DNA of 64,000 nucleotides from Spirochaetia bacterium (GTDB lineage Bacteria; Spirochaetota; Spirochaetia; WTKD01; G963693115): NCBI GenBank assembly GCA_965196605.1, contig CBDAKK010000008.1, positions 539,257 to 603,256 of the forward strand, read 5' to 3'. Shown piece by piece: positions 9,981 to 19,129 of this stretch (position 1 is its first letter; each line of letters starts with the position of its first letter). The notes under the pieces were generated by a model. It saw only the letters and a program-made list of their open reading frames with translations, ran no database searches and was not told where the DNA came from. The position numbers and the translations under genes were made by a program.

Positions 9981-11567
9981 ATGAGTAATAAAAGATTTTT
10001 TCCATGGGGTAAAAAGGCACTGTGGGGTGGAGTATCAGCCCTTGCCTTGGTGCTGAGCCTTGTCTCATGCAACCCCGGCATAGCGGAGGTGCAAGACGCG
10101 CAACTGCAATTGCAAGAGGGCGCGGGTTTGCAGACGCGCTACGCGCTACCCCTTGCGAGTGAGCGTGAGCTGCTGGGCTTAACGAAAAACGGGGATGGTA
10201 CGCTGGACTACCGCATAGCGCGCAAGACGGCCATTATTGAGTTTGAGACGGGCTACCGTGCGAGCCTCGACTGGACCAAGGGGGTGAGGCTCTCAGAGCG
10301 CCCCGTGGTAGTCTACAATGCCGACTCGAAGCCCGAGATATACGAGTTTTTCGTGCTGCAAGAAGGTCGCCCTATTGGTACGGTGAGTACCTATGCGCAC
10401 ACCACTTACCCGGAAATAATACGCAACGTGCTGCCCTTTGTGCGGGACTACAAGCCCTACACAACCAAGTACGCAGGCTACAAGCAGGTAGCGGACTACT
10501 ACCCCTTGAGCGTGTACGTGGGCGTGGTGAGCAAGAGTGGTGGTGAAGTGCGCAATGTCATAGACCCAAGAACGGGTAAACGCAAAGCGCCCCCGCGCAT
10601 ACCTAAGCCCTCTGTAGAACCAAAGGAAATACAAAATGCAAAGGCGGTTGCAAAAATATACTGGAAGATAGTGCTGGAGCACGCGGACGAAATACTGAAG
10701 ATGACCGATGAAGAGCTGTACGCCAAGCTGGAGACGAAGGCAGGCAACCCTAGCAATGCTGTCTACGCCAAAAAGTTTGAGGGATTCAAAAAACCTGCTA
10801 CACACGCACCCGCGCGTACAATATGGAGTGGCTGGTGTGTGCCCAGTGCCTTGGCTGAGTTAGTGTGGGTGTGGGGAGACGGAAAATATAAGGGTGTTAC
10901 CCTACCTGATGTATCTGATAATACTTTTCCATTTTCATTTTCATATAAGGAGTATATAAATGGAAAGGCTCAATATTGGAAAGCAAAACTACGAGTAAAA
11001 AATGGAAATACAGGCGCCTATGAATTCTACTATGACATAGAAGGGAAGAGAAGAGAATACAAAAATGGTAACAAGCCTCTTGTCAATCTCGATGCAATAA
11101 AAGCAGTCAGTAAAAAAATAGATAATGGACTTTATTATGACATTATCAATGCCTATGGTGTAGGGAGTAACTGGAGTGGAGGTATGTATATTCGCAGAGG
11201 TGCGCAAGCAGTGAAAAAAGTCACGAATAATAAAATTAGCTATAGAATTTTGAGAAATTGGAGACTTTTGAGAAACATGAATGAGCACATTACAGAAAAT
11301 AAGAGACCTGTAATAGATGGTATTCGTACGTCTAAAAAAGGAGGGCATGCGAGACTACTTATTGGTACTATATCTTTTGATTGGAATGCTTATGTGCTAC
11401 GTGAGTCTTTATGTTCATCGTCCTCATCGTCATCGTCTTACTCTGACCCGAATATTCATTTTCTTATATGGGATAATGGACATGATACTAAGCCGCACGG
11501 GTATATGCCCTATTGGGAAAGCAGTACTGCGGTTTCTCGCGACGATGCCGTTGGTTTTACGTATTGA
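9981..11567 (+). CDS. lipoprotein with a C-terminal putative cysteine-peptidase-like domain. The Cys/His motifs resemble the papain superfamily; the family is uncertain
   Basis: Signal peptide plus lipobox LSLVSC. Motifs TIWSGWCVPSALAELVW and KKGGHARLLIGTISFDWN. A poly-Ser tract (SSSSSSSS). The 3' half is AT-rich (about 35% GC) against a 5' half of about 58%. Confidence 0.45.
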   Translation: MSNKRFFPWGKKALWGGVSALALVLSLVSCNPGIAEVQDAQLQLQEGAGLQTRYALPLASERELLGLTKNGDGTLDYRIARKTAIIEFETGYRASLDWTKGVRLSERPVVVYNADSKPEIYEFFVLQEGRPIGTVSTYAHTTYPEIIRNVLPFVRDYKPYTTKYAGYKQVADYYPLSVYVGVVSKSGGEVRNVIDPRTGKRKAPPRIPKPSVEPKEIQNAKAVAKIYWKIVLEHADEILKMTDEELYAKLETKAGNPSNAVYAKKFEGFKKPATHAPARTIWSGWCVPSALAELVWVWGDGKYKGVTLPDVSDNTFPFSFSYKEYINGKAQYWKAKLRVKNGNTGAYEFYYDIEGKRREYKNGNKPLVNLDAIKAVSKKIDNGLYYDIINAYGVGSNWSGGMYIRRGAQAVKKVTNNKISYRILRNWRLLRNMNEHITENKRPVIDGIRTSKKGGHARLLIGTISFDWNAYVLRESLCSSSSSSSSYSDPNIHFLIWDNGHDTKPHGYMPYWESSTAVSRDDAVGFTY

Positions 11568-11637
11568 AATATAAGGTAACCTTGCGGTGTTGTCACAACA
11601 CTGCAAGGCCTAACTTATAAGTTATAGGGAGTATAGT

Positions 11638-12492
11638 ATGAAAAAAAAGCGAATAATACAATATGCGCTCACGGGCTTATGTATACTATTCTACAGCTGT
11701 TCATGGAATGCGGGGAAAAATAGCACGAAAGATAATTTCAATAAAGATGAAGGCCATAAAGCGGGCGTAGGATCCTCGCGTATGGGTATAACGAATTTTC
11801 TTATGGTAAAGGGTAATATAAAAAAAGGTACTATGACAATAATTGCAAAATCTACAGGAAACCCAGTTGCTGTATCAATGATAGGACGGAAATTTACTTA
11901 CGATACAAGAAGTGGTTTTAATATTAGGTGGACTTACGCTTCAAGTCAATATAAAAACGATGATATGTATATTGAGAAAATAGAGACGCATTATATCCCT
12001 CACTATTCCAGTGATGACCATTTATCAGAACTCCTGTACACATATCAACTAATTCCAAGTGCAGATTTTCAAGGCACCATACACATCTTTCTTAATTTTA
12101 CATCTTGGTACACATGCGGTCTTCCCAGTGGTTCGTGTGATGTGCGCCGCTCTATTGTCTACGGCCAAAAACTCGCAGACATACTAAAAAACAACAAGCC
12201 AACAAGCATAACCCACATGGGCAAGAACAACACGCACCCCGTTGGCGCGCAGGAGCCTGTAGTCATTGACCACACCGCAAGCCCCGACAGTGTACGCGCG
12301 CTCATGAAAGCAGCAAAAGACCAAAGAGTGAAAGACCCGCGCTTACTGGTCATAGAGCGCACAGGCAGCGCGGGCAAGGTGACAATAACCGCCTTTGGCA
12401 AAGAAGAAAAGAGAGATGCGGGGCAGACTTATGAGTGGAAGTTTGGTGAAGAGCAACTCAAAGAACTACGGAAGTTTGTCGTGAAGCAGTAA
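11638..12492 (+). CDS. lipoprotein of unknown function, co-located with the putative peptidase lipoprotein
   Basis: Signal peptide/lipobox ILFYSC. The 5' half is AT-rich and the 3' half is GC-rich. Confidence 0.5.
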   Translation: MKKKRIIQYALTGLCILFYSCSWNAGKNSTKDNFNKDEGHKAGVGSSRMGITNFLMVKGNIKKGTMTIIAKSTGNPVAVSMIGRKFTYDTRSGFNIRWTYASSQYKNDDMYIEKIETHYIPHYSSDDHLSELLYTYQLIPSADFQGTIHIFLNFTSWYTCGLPSGSCDVRRSIVYGQKLADILKNNKPTSITHMGKNNTHPVGAQEPVVIDHTASPDSVRALMKAAKDQRVKDPRLLVIERTGSAGKVTITAFGKEEKRDAGQTYEWKFGEEQLKELRKFVVKQ

Positions 12493-12524
12493 TGACATAG
12501 ATACTGTTCGCTAGTATAAAAAAA

Positions 12525-12740
12525 GCACTAATGACAAGCGCAAATTGTGAATAAAGCACCAATGACGAGAGGGCGGCGCCAGAAACCAGTGTGTGCCATG
12601 CACACAACCTTGTACAAATGCATGCGTTCTTCAGTGCAGAGTGGCTTTGCGCTGTGTGCTTAGTGCATGGTGCGGGCTCACAGTTTATGCTGTGGGTGAA
12701 GGTATGGTGTAAATATGCCAGCGCGCTGTGTGTGTTGCGC
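12525..12740. repeat. right copy of the ~190-bp direct repeat (partner at 9445..9640)
   Basis: See the left copy. Confidence 0.7.
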
Positions 12741-12774
12741 ACAATGCATGTTTAAGGCTTGCGCGGTTTGGGGA

Positions 12775-14598
12775 CTAGGCTATGGTGCGTTGCATGTTTT
12801 GAATAAGCTGCGCATAGGACTTTTTTTCTTGTAGTAGTTGTGCATGAGTGCCGCGCTCAATAATCTGCCCTTCTTCTAAGTAGAGAATTTCATCACATGT
12901 TTTAATAGTGTTTAATCGGTGCGCTATGACGAGTGTTGAGCGCGTGCTCTGTAGTTCTTCTAAGAGGCTTTGAATCATGTGCTCTGTCTCATTATCCAAG
13001 ACTGCACTAAATTCGTCGAGTATCAATATAGGGGGAGCCTCCAAAAATATACGACAAATACTTATGAGTCGCTGCTGCCCTGTGGAAAGCATTGACGCGC
13101 GTATGGCACTCTCCCACCCATGAGGAAGCTGGGCGATAAGCTCACTCAGGCCACTTTTCTGTGCTACGTAGTCCAAGGCTTTGTGCGCTATGGACTTACC
13201 CATGGTCAAATTCTCCCGCACGCTCCCTTCAAATATAAAGCTGTCTTGTTGCAGCAAGCGTATTTTTGAGCGCAGAAGCGCGCGCGGCATGCTGTTAATA
13301 GGATAACCATTCAGCGTAATGGCGCCGCCGCTTGCGTCCCAAAAACGCACGCAAAGCCGAGCAAGCGTACTCTTGCCCGAACCACTGTGCCCCACAAGGG
13401 CAATGCGCTTAGACGGCGTAAGGGCAAGCGAAATCTCGCGTAAGACAAAAGGAGCGTGCTCATGATAACGAAAACTCACATTCTCAAAGGCAAGCGTATA
13501 TTCATGAGCAGTTTCAATAAGCGCAACATTCTTTTCACACACCGCACTCTCAGAAAGGGCTTGCTGCTCATCTAAAAAAAGAAAGATGCGCTCCACCCCC
13601 GCCATGGACTCTTGTATTTGCGTAGCGTTTTGCGCAAGCGTAATGATGGGGTTGAAAAAGTTGTTTGCAAGCTGAATAAAGGCTATGATGATACCAACAG
13701 TAACCAATCCCTTATTTATAAAATAAGCGCCGAAGACAATAATGATAAAAATAAGCAAGGCGAGAAACAAATTCATAAAAGGCCTTACAAACATCATGTA
13801 GCCACCAAGCCTTATTCTTTTTGCGTAGTAAGCATCGGTAATAGCATTACACGAGGCTATGCTTGCATCAAGCTTGTTGTAAATCTTTATATCCGCAGCA
13901 CCTTGCAAATGCTCAGCAGTGTAGGTGTTAAGCTCACTCCGCTGCGCTCGCAATGACTGTGAAGCCTTAAGAATCTTTTTTCGGTAAAGTTCAACAAACA
14001 CAATGATGAATGGCAGCCCTATGAACATGGCAGCAGTGAGCCTCCAATTCACAATGAACAAAGCAACATTTACCGCAACTAACGAAAGAATGCTGGCAAA
14101 CATTTGTTCTATAAGGGTTTTAAGAAATGTTGTCGCTGCGTCAAGGTCGTTTGTCATACGCGTCACCATTCTCCCTATGGGCTCAGAATGAAAGTAACTC
14201 ATGGACTGATTAAGACTATGGACTATGGCACGCCCTCGTAAGTCGATGATTATTTTTTGAATAAAGTAGCCCAACACCACCGTACTTACAAACATTGAGA
14301 CTGCGGTTAACAGCGTAATAGCAAGCAACTGCAACAACAAAATGTTATCAAACAAATACCTAAAATCAATTACAACGGTCTGCAAAGTCCCCGCACGCAT
14401 GTGTAGAGCAATAAAATCTACAAGGCGCTTTACAATAATGGGGCTTGCCATAGTCAAGCTTACTTCCAAAAACAAAAGCAAGACAACGCAGGCAAACCAA
14501 TATGGGTGATGGCGTACAAGCGCAAACACGCGGCGCATAATCTGTGTATTGCTCAAATGACGGAGGTCTTGCGCCGCATAGGCGCTGCGCTTATGCAA
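12775..14598 (-). CDS. ABC exporter, fused permease-ATPase (ABCB/MsbA-like), subunit 2 of a heterodimeric pair
   Basis: Six N-terminal TM helices, Walker A GHSGSGKST, signature LSTGQQQRL and Walker B ILILDE. It overlaps the stop of the upstream partner by 8 nt. Confidence 0.85.
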   Translation of the reverse strand: MHKRSAYAAQDLRHLSNTQIMRRVFALVRHHPYWFACVVLLLFLEVSLTMASPIIVKRLVDFIALHMRAGTLQTVVIDFRYLFDNILLLQLLAITLLTAVSMFVSTVVLGYFIQKIIIDLRGRAIVHSLNQSMSYFHSEPIGRMVTRMTNDLDAATTFLKTLIEQMFASILSLVAVNVALFIVNWRLTAAMFIGLPFIIVFVELYRKKILKASQSLRAQRSELNTYTAEHLQGAADIKIYNKLDASIASCNAITDAYYAKRIRLGGYMMFVRPFMNLFLALLIFIIIVFGAYFINKGLVTVGIIIAFIQLANNFFNPIITLAQNATQIQESMAGVERIFLFLDEQQALSESAVCEKNVALIETAHEYTLAFENVSFRYHEHAPFVLREISLALTPSKRIALVGHSGSGKSTLARLCVRFWDASGGAITLNGYPINSMPRALLRSKIRLLQQDSFIFEGSVRENLTMGKSIAHKALDYVAQKSGLSELIAQLPHGWESAIRASMLSTGQQRLISICRIFLEAPPILILDEFSAVLDNETEHMIQSLLEELQSTRSTLVIAHRLNTIKTCDEILYLEEGQIIERGTHAQLLQEKKSYAQLIQNMQRTIA

Positions 14599-16390
14599 GG
14601 TATTCTCCCTTGGCTATCATGTAGTCCTTCCACTGCGCCATGTACTGCCCCCGATGCTGCAACAACTGCTCATGCGTTCCATCCTCAATAATCTGCCCGC
14701 GCTCCATTACAAGTATTCTTTTGGTGTTACTCAAGATCGGGAGGTTGTGCGTAATAATTACCGTGGTTTTATCGCCGCGTATCTGCTGGAGATTTTCCAA
14801 AATAACGCGAGCCGTCTTGTTGTCAAGCTCTGAAAAAACATCATCCAGAATAAGCACCGGAGGCTCGGCGTACAAAGTGCGCGCAAGGGCAATGCGTTGC
14901 TTTTGCCCACCGGAGAGGCGCACACCCGCTTCCCCTATGGTCGTGTGCCATGAATCTGCAAAAGTGGCCACGTCATTTTCTAAGCAACTGAACATGCCAT
15001 ACTTGCGTGCAAGACCTTCCCCTTTCTCATCCATTTCATATTCGGTAAAGGCTATGTTTTGCAAAATAGAGGTTGAAAACAACTGAAAGTCCTGTGTCTG
15101 CAAGAGCACATGCCGTCTCAAGGTTGCTATATCATACTGGGCTATAGGCACGTCGTCCCACAAAAGTGTGCCTCCATCCACGTCATACAAGCGCGCAAGC
15201 AGCATTGCAAGCGTACTCTTACCGCAGCCTATGCGCCCCGTTATGCCAAGCCATGTACCCGCAGGCACGGCAAGGTTTATTCCGCTTATGCAAAACCCCT
15301 GCTCCTCTTGTGCATGCTGCGCCGCGCGCGGGTACTCAAAGCGTAGGTCTTGTAACTGCAAAGCGCCCGCTATGGGTTTTGCAAGTGCATCTGCGCTATT
15401 GCTAAGCGTGCTGTGCGTGTGTAAAACAGTCTTTATGCGGCGCGCGTTTGAAAGCCCCTTTTGCTGTATAGAAAGCGCAAAGCCAAGCCCCAGAAAAGGC
15501 TGCTGTATTTGCGTTAAATAATTCATGACGGCAAACAAGTCGCCTATGCTCGCACTACCCATTTGTATGGCGCGCATGCCAAGAAAAAGCGTAATAACAA
15601 GCGCTATGCCATGTATGAATAAGGCGGTAGGCCAAAGCAATGCTTCGAGCACGGCAATGCGAATTTGCATTTTGAGAATAGCATTGCCATCTTTAGAAAA
15701 CTTGTCTATGTAAAATCCCTCACTATTATGCGCCTTTATATCGCCAATGTGCGTGAACATTTGCCGCGTCAATTCTGATATATGCGCTATGCGCTCTTGC
15801 GTTACTTCGTATAATTTGCCCGTTTTCCGCCACACCACGTACAGCATTACAGACGTCAGCGGGTACAAAAGCAGCGCAACCCACGCAATGCTTGGGTACA
15901 AAATAAGCAATATGATGCTGACGCTCACAATAGTAAAAAGCCCATCAACAAGCGCCAAAGTCCCCCAACTTATGGCTTCTGAAAGCTGCGTTGTTTCGCG
16001 ACTTATAAGCGCTATTTGCGTTCCCACGCTGTACTCGCGCAGCGACTTTTTGCACAAAGAGAGCATGTGAGCAAAAAGCGACTTCTTGGTATCACGCTCT
16101 ATTTCATAAGAAGGAAATATGATAAAACGCCTCCAACAAAGGCGCAAAAAGAATATGACTACGTTTAAGGCTAAAAACACGCCCGCCCAAAAAAGCACGG
16201 TTTGCACAGAAAAAGCCGCTTCTTGTGAAAACACATCTACTACATGCGCAAGAATGAGCGGAATAAACAGCAGGAGGGAATTAACTGCAAGAAGCGCAAT
16301 AATGCCAAGGCGCATGCTCGGCACATGGCGGCGAATGAGAACTACGAGAAACTGAAGCAAACGCGGCTTTTCAGTAGGCCTTTTCATCAT
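14591..16390 (-). CDS. ABC exporter, fused permease-ATPase, subunit 1 of the heterodimeric pair
   Basis: Walker A GRIGCGKST, LSGGQKQRIALAR and Walker B VLILDD. The ORF track starts it at 16459, but a start at MMKRP (about 16390) abutting plsC is more likely. Confidence 0.8.
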   Translation of the reverse strand: MMKRPTEKPRLLQFLVVLIRRHVPSMRLGIIALLAVNSLLLFIPLILAHVVDVFSQEAAFSVQTVLFWAGVFLALNVVIFFLRLCWRRFIIFPSYEIERDTKKSLFAHMLSLCKKSLREYSVGTQIALISRETTQLSEAISWGTLALVDGLFTIVSVSIILLILYPSIAWVALLLYPLTSVMLYVVWRKTGKLYEVTQERIAHISELTRQMFTHIGDIKAHNSEGFYIDKFSKDGNAILKMQIRIAVLEALLWPTALFIHGIALVITLFLGMRAIQMGSASIGDLFAVMNYLTQIQQPFLGLGFALSIQQKGLSNARRIKTVLHTHSTLSNSADALAKPIAGALQLQDLRFEYPRAAQHAQEEQGFCISGINLAVPAGTWLGITGRIGCGKSTLAMLLARLYDVDGGTLLWDDVPIAQYDIATLRRHVLLQTQDFQLFSTSILQNIAFTEYEMDEKGEGLARKYGMFSCLENDVATFADSWHTTIGEAGVRLSGGQKQRIALARTLYAEPPVLILDDVFSELDNKTARVILENLQQIRGDKTTVIITHNLPILSNTKRILVMERGQIIEDGTHEQLLQHRGQYMAQWKDYMIAKGEYLA

Positions 16391-17253
16391 CGTGAAAGGG
16401 CATGCCTTCTCTGCGTATGTTCCGTAATAGGCAAGCTTACCCCATGTTCTTTTCTCCAACGCGCTATGTACGCTCGTATAAGTTCTTCTGCTTCCTCAAC
16501 ATGCTCTTTTGCCGAACCTCTTGTGACATTCTCAAAAACCTTCAATATTTTCATGTACATGTAGCGCTTGTTTTTCGTGTCAGGAAAGCTAAACAATTTT
16601 GGAAAAAAAACGCCACCATCGAGTGCTACGACAATAATATTCATAGGTCCATCTGTCAAGCTTGCGCGTACGGCCGCGTTGTGAAACTTCTTTACATCAT
16701 CCGTGCGCGTGCGCGTGCCCTCCGCAAAAATGACCATGGGCGCAAGGTTTTTTCTACAACGCCGCGCCAAATCCCTTACAAGCCCTATGGTTTTTATGCC
16801 CGCCTTTCTGTCTATGAGCGCGTTTCTATAGGCTCTGTTCACCTTTGATATGTAGGGGACAAAACGTCCAAGTACCTTTTTAGAAACAAAGCGAATGGGG
16901 ATGGGGAAGGCTGCAATTAACATCATGATGTCCATAAGGCTCTGATGGTTTGCAAGTATAATGGCGGGCTTTCCCAAGTGCATGCCAAGAGCACGCTTTA
17001 TTTCATGCGCCGAAGGTACGGCAAATCGTATACCGAGAATGAATTCTGCAAGCTTGCAAAACATGCGGGCATGTCTATACAAGTGCTTGTCAAAGCGCTG
17101 GAGCGCTTTTTTATATGAGACTAAGCATAGTACGCTGTGCTGAAATTGCCGAACAATAAAGTAGGTAAAAGCAGCAGCAAGCACAAACAACAATCTAAAA
17201 TGCAATAATACTTTTCGCATAGATACACTTATGATAGCAAAAAGCCATTGCAT
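16387..17253 (-). CDS. plsC: 1-acyl-sn-glycerol-3-phosphate acyltransferase (PlsC family)
   Basis: HX4D acyltransferase motif NHQSLMDIM and FAEGTRT. The ORF-track N-terminus (to 17388) runs into repeat DNA; an internal Met start (about 17253) is more likely. Confidence 0.75.
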   Translation of the reverse strand: MQWLFAIISVSMRKVLLHFRLLFVLAAAFTYFIVRQFQHSVLCLVSYKKALQRFDKHLYRHARMFCKLAEFILGIRFAVPSAHEIKRALGMHLGKPAIILANHQSLMDIMMLIAAFPIPIRFVSKKVLGRFVPYISKVNRAYRNALIDRKAGIKTIGLVRDLARRCRKNLAPMVIFAEGTRTRTDDVKKFHNAAVRASLTDGPMNIIVVALDGGVFFPKLFSFPDTKNKRYMYMKILKVFENVTRGSAKEHVEEAEELIRAYIARWRKEHGVSLPITEHTQRRHALSR

Positions 17254-17269
17254 ACACGCCGCGAGATAG

Positions 17270-17840
17270 TCTGTGCAAGGTTGTCTTTGTGTTTGTGGGG
17301 GTTTGCCCCCAAAGCGCTTATGCAATAGTTTGCATCCCCTCGCTACGCTCGCGACTTTTTGGTACTTTTTAATACTTGTGCACAGCATCTATGTTATTAC
17401 TGCTTTAGCACACAGGATGTTTTCTTTGGTGCGAGTACTCCATTTTTGCTACGCTGCGCTGCGCAATCTGAATGTCAGCACCCGTTCACCTTCGGTTCTC
17501 GACTTTCTTTGGTTCTTTTCTTTCTTTGATGCAAGTAACATCTTTGCTACGCTGCGCTCCGCAATCTAAAGGATTGCATCCGTTCGCCTTCGACTCTCGA
17601 CTTTTCCGTCATGACAGCCGCCCCATGGACGGGGCATTAAGGCTGACAGGGATGTTAAAGAAAAGAAAGAAAGAACGGCCGTCCGAATGAATAGCGTATT
17701 TAAAATAGCTTCTTGGCAGCAGAAAGCGCTCATACAACATTGCGTTAGCAAAATTGCGGCAACTTACTCGCGCGTAGCGCAAATGCGCGTCTTACCCAAA
17801 GGGGGGTGTGGGGGTAGCTCCCCCACAACAAAAGCACGCT
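17270..17840. repeat. composite intergenic repeat cluster 2. Contains two tandem ~100-bp units, a long-range inverted repeat (17510-17533 against 17650-17675) and the G-rich palindrome at 17800-17835
   Basis: Shares modules with clusters at 8455, 40064, 43300 and 46460. Confidence 0.8.
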
Positions 17841-18029
17841 TGCTCCCATACTTTCACTAATAATGTTATATAATAAAAAACAGTGGGGCTACAAAGCTAT
17901 TACGAAAGTTTGGTTTATATGCTAGCTTCATGCACAAAACGCGCCATAATACATACGCCGCGCAAGCATCACCATGGCATATGCTTCAATGAAGTGTGAT
18001 AATGCGCGTTTTGCATTTGTGCTGCAAGC

Positions 18030-18059
18030 TTGACAGAAATATAAGCTTGTGGTTATTAT
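18030..18059 (+). promoter_or_regulatory. candidate sigma70 promoter for rpsU, TTGACA-N18-TATTAT
   Basis: ttgaca at 18030-18035 and tattat at 18054-18059. An AGGAG RBS at 18091-18095 follows. Confidence 0.35.
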
Positions 18060-18102
18060 TGACTATAATATTATACACATACGTAATTTAAGGAGATAAG
18101 TT

Positions 18103-18312
18103 ATCGCAAGTATAGAAGTTGGGCCTAATGAGCCTATGGAAAAAGCAATAAAACGTTTTAAGCGGCTTATAGATAAAGAGGGCATTATCCGAGAATGTAA
18201 GAAGCGAGAGTTTTTTGAAAAGCCCTCTACCATCCGAAACAGAAACAAAAAGGCACTGCAGCGTAAGTTAGAAAAGAGGCTTCGACGTATACGAGCGGGG
18301 AAGAGTTATTAA
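18103..18312 (+). CDS. rpsU: 30S ribosomal protein S21
   Basis: Translation IASIEVGPNEPMEKAIKRFKRLIDKEGIIRECKKREFFEKPSTIRNRNKKALQRKLEKRLRRIRAGKSY aligns with E. coli S21 ([22 protein letters not shown]...REFYEKPT). There is no ATG/GTG/TTG at the homologous start; the most likely start is ATC at 18103, 8 nt after the AGGAG. Confidence 0.7.
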   Translation: MASIEVGPNEPMEKAIKRFKRLIDKEGIIRECKKREFFEKPSTIRNRNKKALQRKLEKRLRRIRAGKSY

Positions 18313-18358
18313 TTTGCTATTTATGGAGAAGTAGCAATTGTTTGTATAATAACGTTAT

Positions 18359-19123
18359 ATGAAAAATACACTATCGCGTACGGCGTACGGTGCTTTGTTT
18401 TTTGTTCTCATTTCCTCTCTGTGTTTCTCCTGTAGTGGCGCAGACCCGGTTATTTATGCACTGGACTGGACTCTGCAGGCAGTCGCAAGTCCTGTTGTAA
18501 AAAACAAAATAAGTGAACAGCTTATTTTACATATTCTAGCTGATGATGAAGATGGCTTTGAAGAGCTGTACGAAATGTATGTAATACACGATGCGCGTGA
18601 GCTGTATTGGCGTGTTACTTCAGAAGAGTGGGGCGAGTTTTTAGTGGACAATAAAACGTGGATAGGGGTTAATGCTCTAAAGCGAGAAGCGGGAACACCC
18701 TTGCCACGTGGAGAGTATAGGGTATTGCTTCGCGATTTGTCGGGCTACGAAGATGAACGGAAGTTTACTTTAAGCGCAAGGAAATTGCGCTATACTTACG
18801 CGGCATTGCCGACCATGCGTTTTGAAAAAGATGTGGGATACCTTCCGAGATTTAGTGGAGCTGACTCCGGAGAGTCTGTGGGCTTTTTGCAGTTGTTTCA
18901 CCCTCAAGAGGGTGAAGTCCTGAGCAAAGAGGGTGAGGCAGAAGATGTGGAATATCTTCGTTCTTTGCTGGGGGATAATGGCGTGCTGTATAGGGTGGAA
19001 CACGGAAAGGAAATTGCTTTGACTTCTGAGGTGACTGCACGATTTTCTGCATATCTTCATTATCGTAAAAGCGACAGATTGATGCTTACGACTGGTCCAT
19101 ACGATATATCGATAAAGAAATAA
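18359..19123 (+). CDS. hypothetical secreted or lipoprotein
   Basis: 254 aa, signal peptide with Cys-containing end FVLISSLCFSCSG. Confidence 0.5.
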   Translation: MKNTLSRTAYGALFFVLISSLCFSCSGADPVIYALDWTLQAVASPVVKNKISEQLILHILADDEDGFEELYEMYVIHDARELYWRVTSEEWGEFLVDNKTWIGVNALKREAGTPLPRGEYRVLLRDLSGYEDERKFTLSARKLRYTYAALPTMRFEKDVGYLPRFSGADSGESVGFLQLFHPQEGEVLSKEGEAEDVEYLRSLLGDNGVLYRVEHGKEIALTSEVTARFSAYLHYRKSDRLMLTTGPYDISIKK

Positions 19124-19129
19124 TGATGC

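Noticed and set aside
9981-11567. Specific assignment of the lipoprotein C-terminal domain to peptidase family C10 (streptopain/SpeB-like)
   Set aside because: In SpeB the Asn-Trp-Gly-Trp-Gly-Gly block follows the catalytic His. Here the NWSGG-like segment precedes the GGHA motif, and the Gln six residues before the Cys is absent. Only a generic papain-superfamily-like hypothesis is retained.
14640-16355. Plus-strand ORFs inside the two ABC exporter genes (14640..15086, 15168..15521, 15747..16070 and others)
   Set aside because: They are antisense to well-supported CDS with clear Walker/signature motifs, and are typical GC-rich antisense frame artefacts.
16387-17388. Full-length plsC ORF as given (333 aa, start at 17388)
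   Set aside because: The first ~45 codons are repeat-cluster DNA (the VARGCKLLHKR peptide). The true start is more likely an internal Met near 17253 or 17220.
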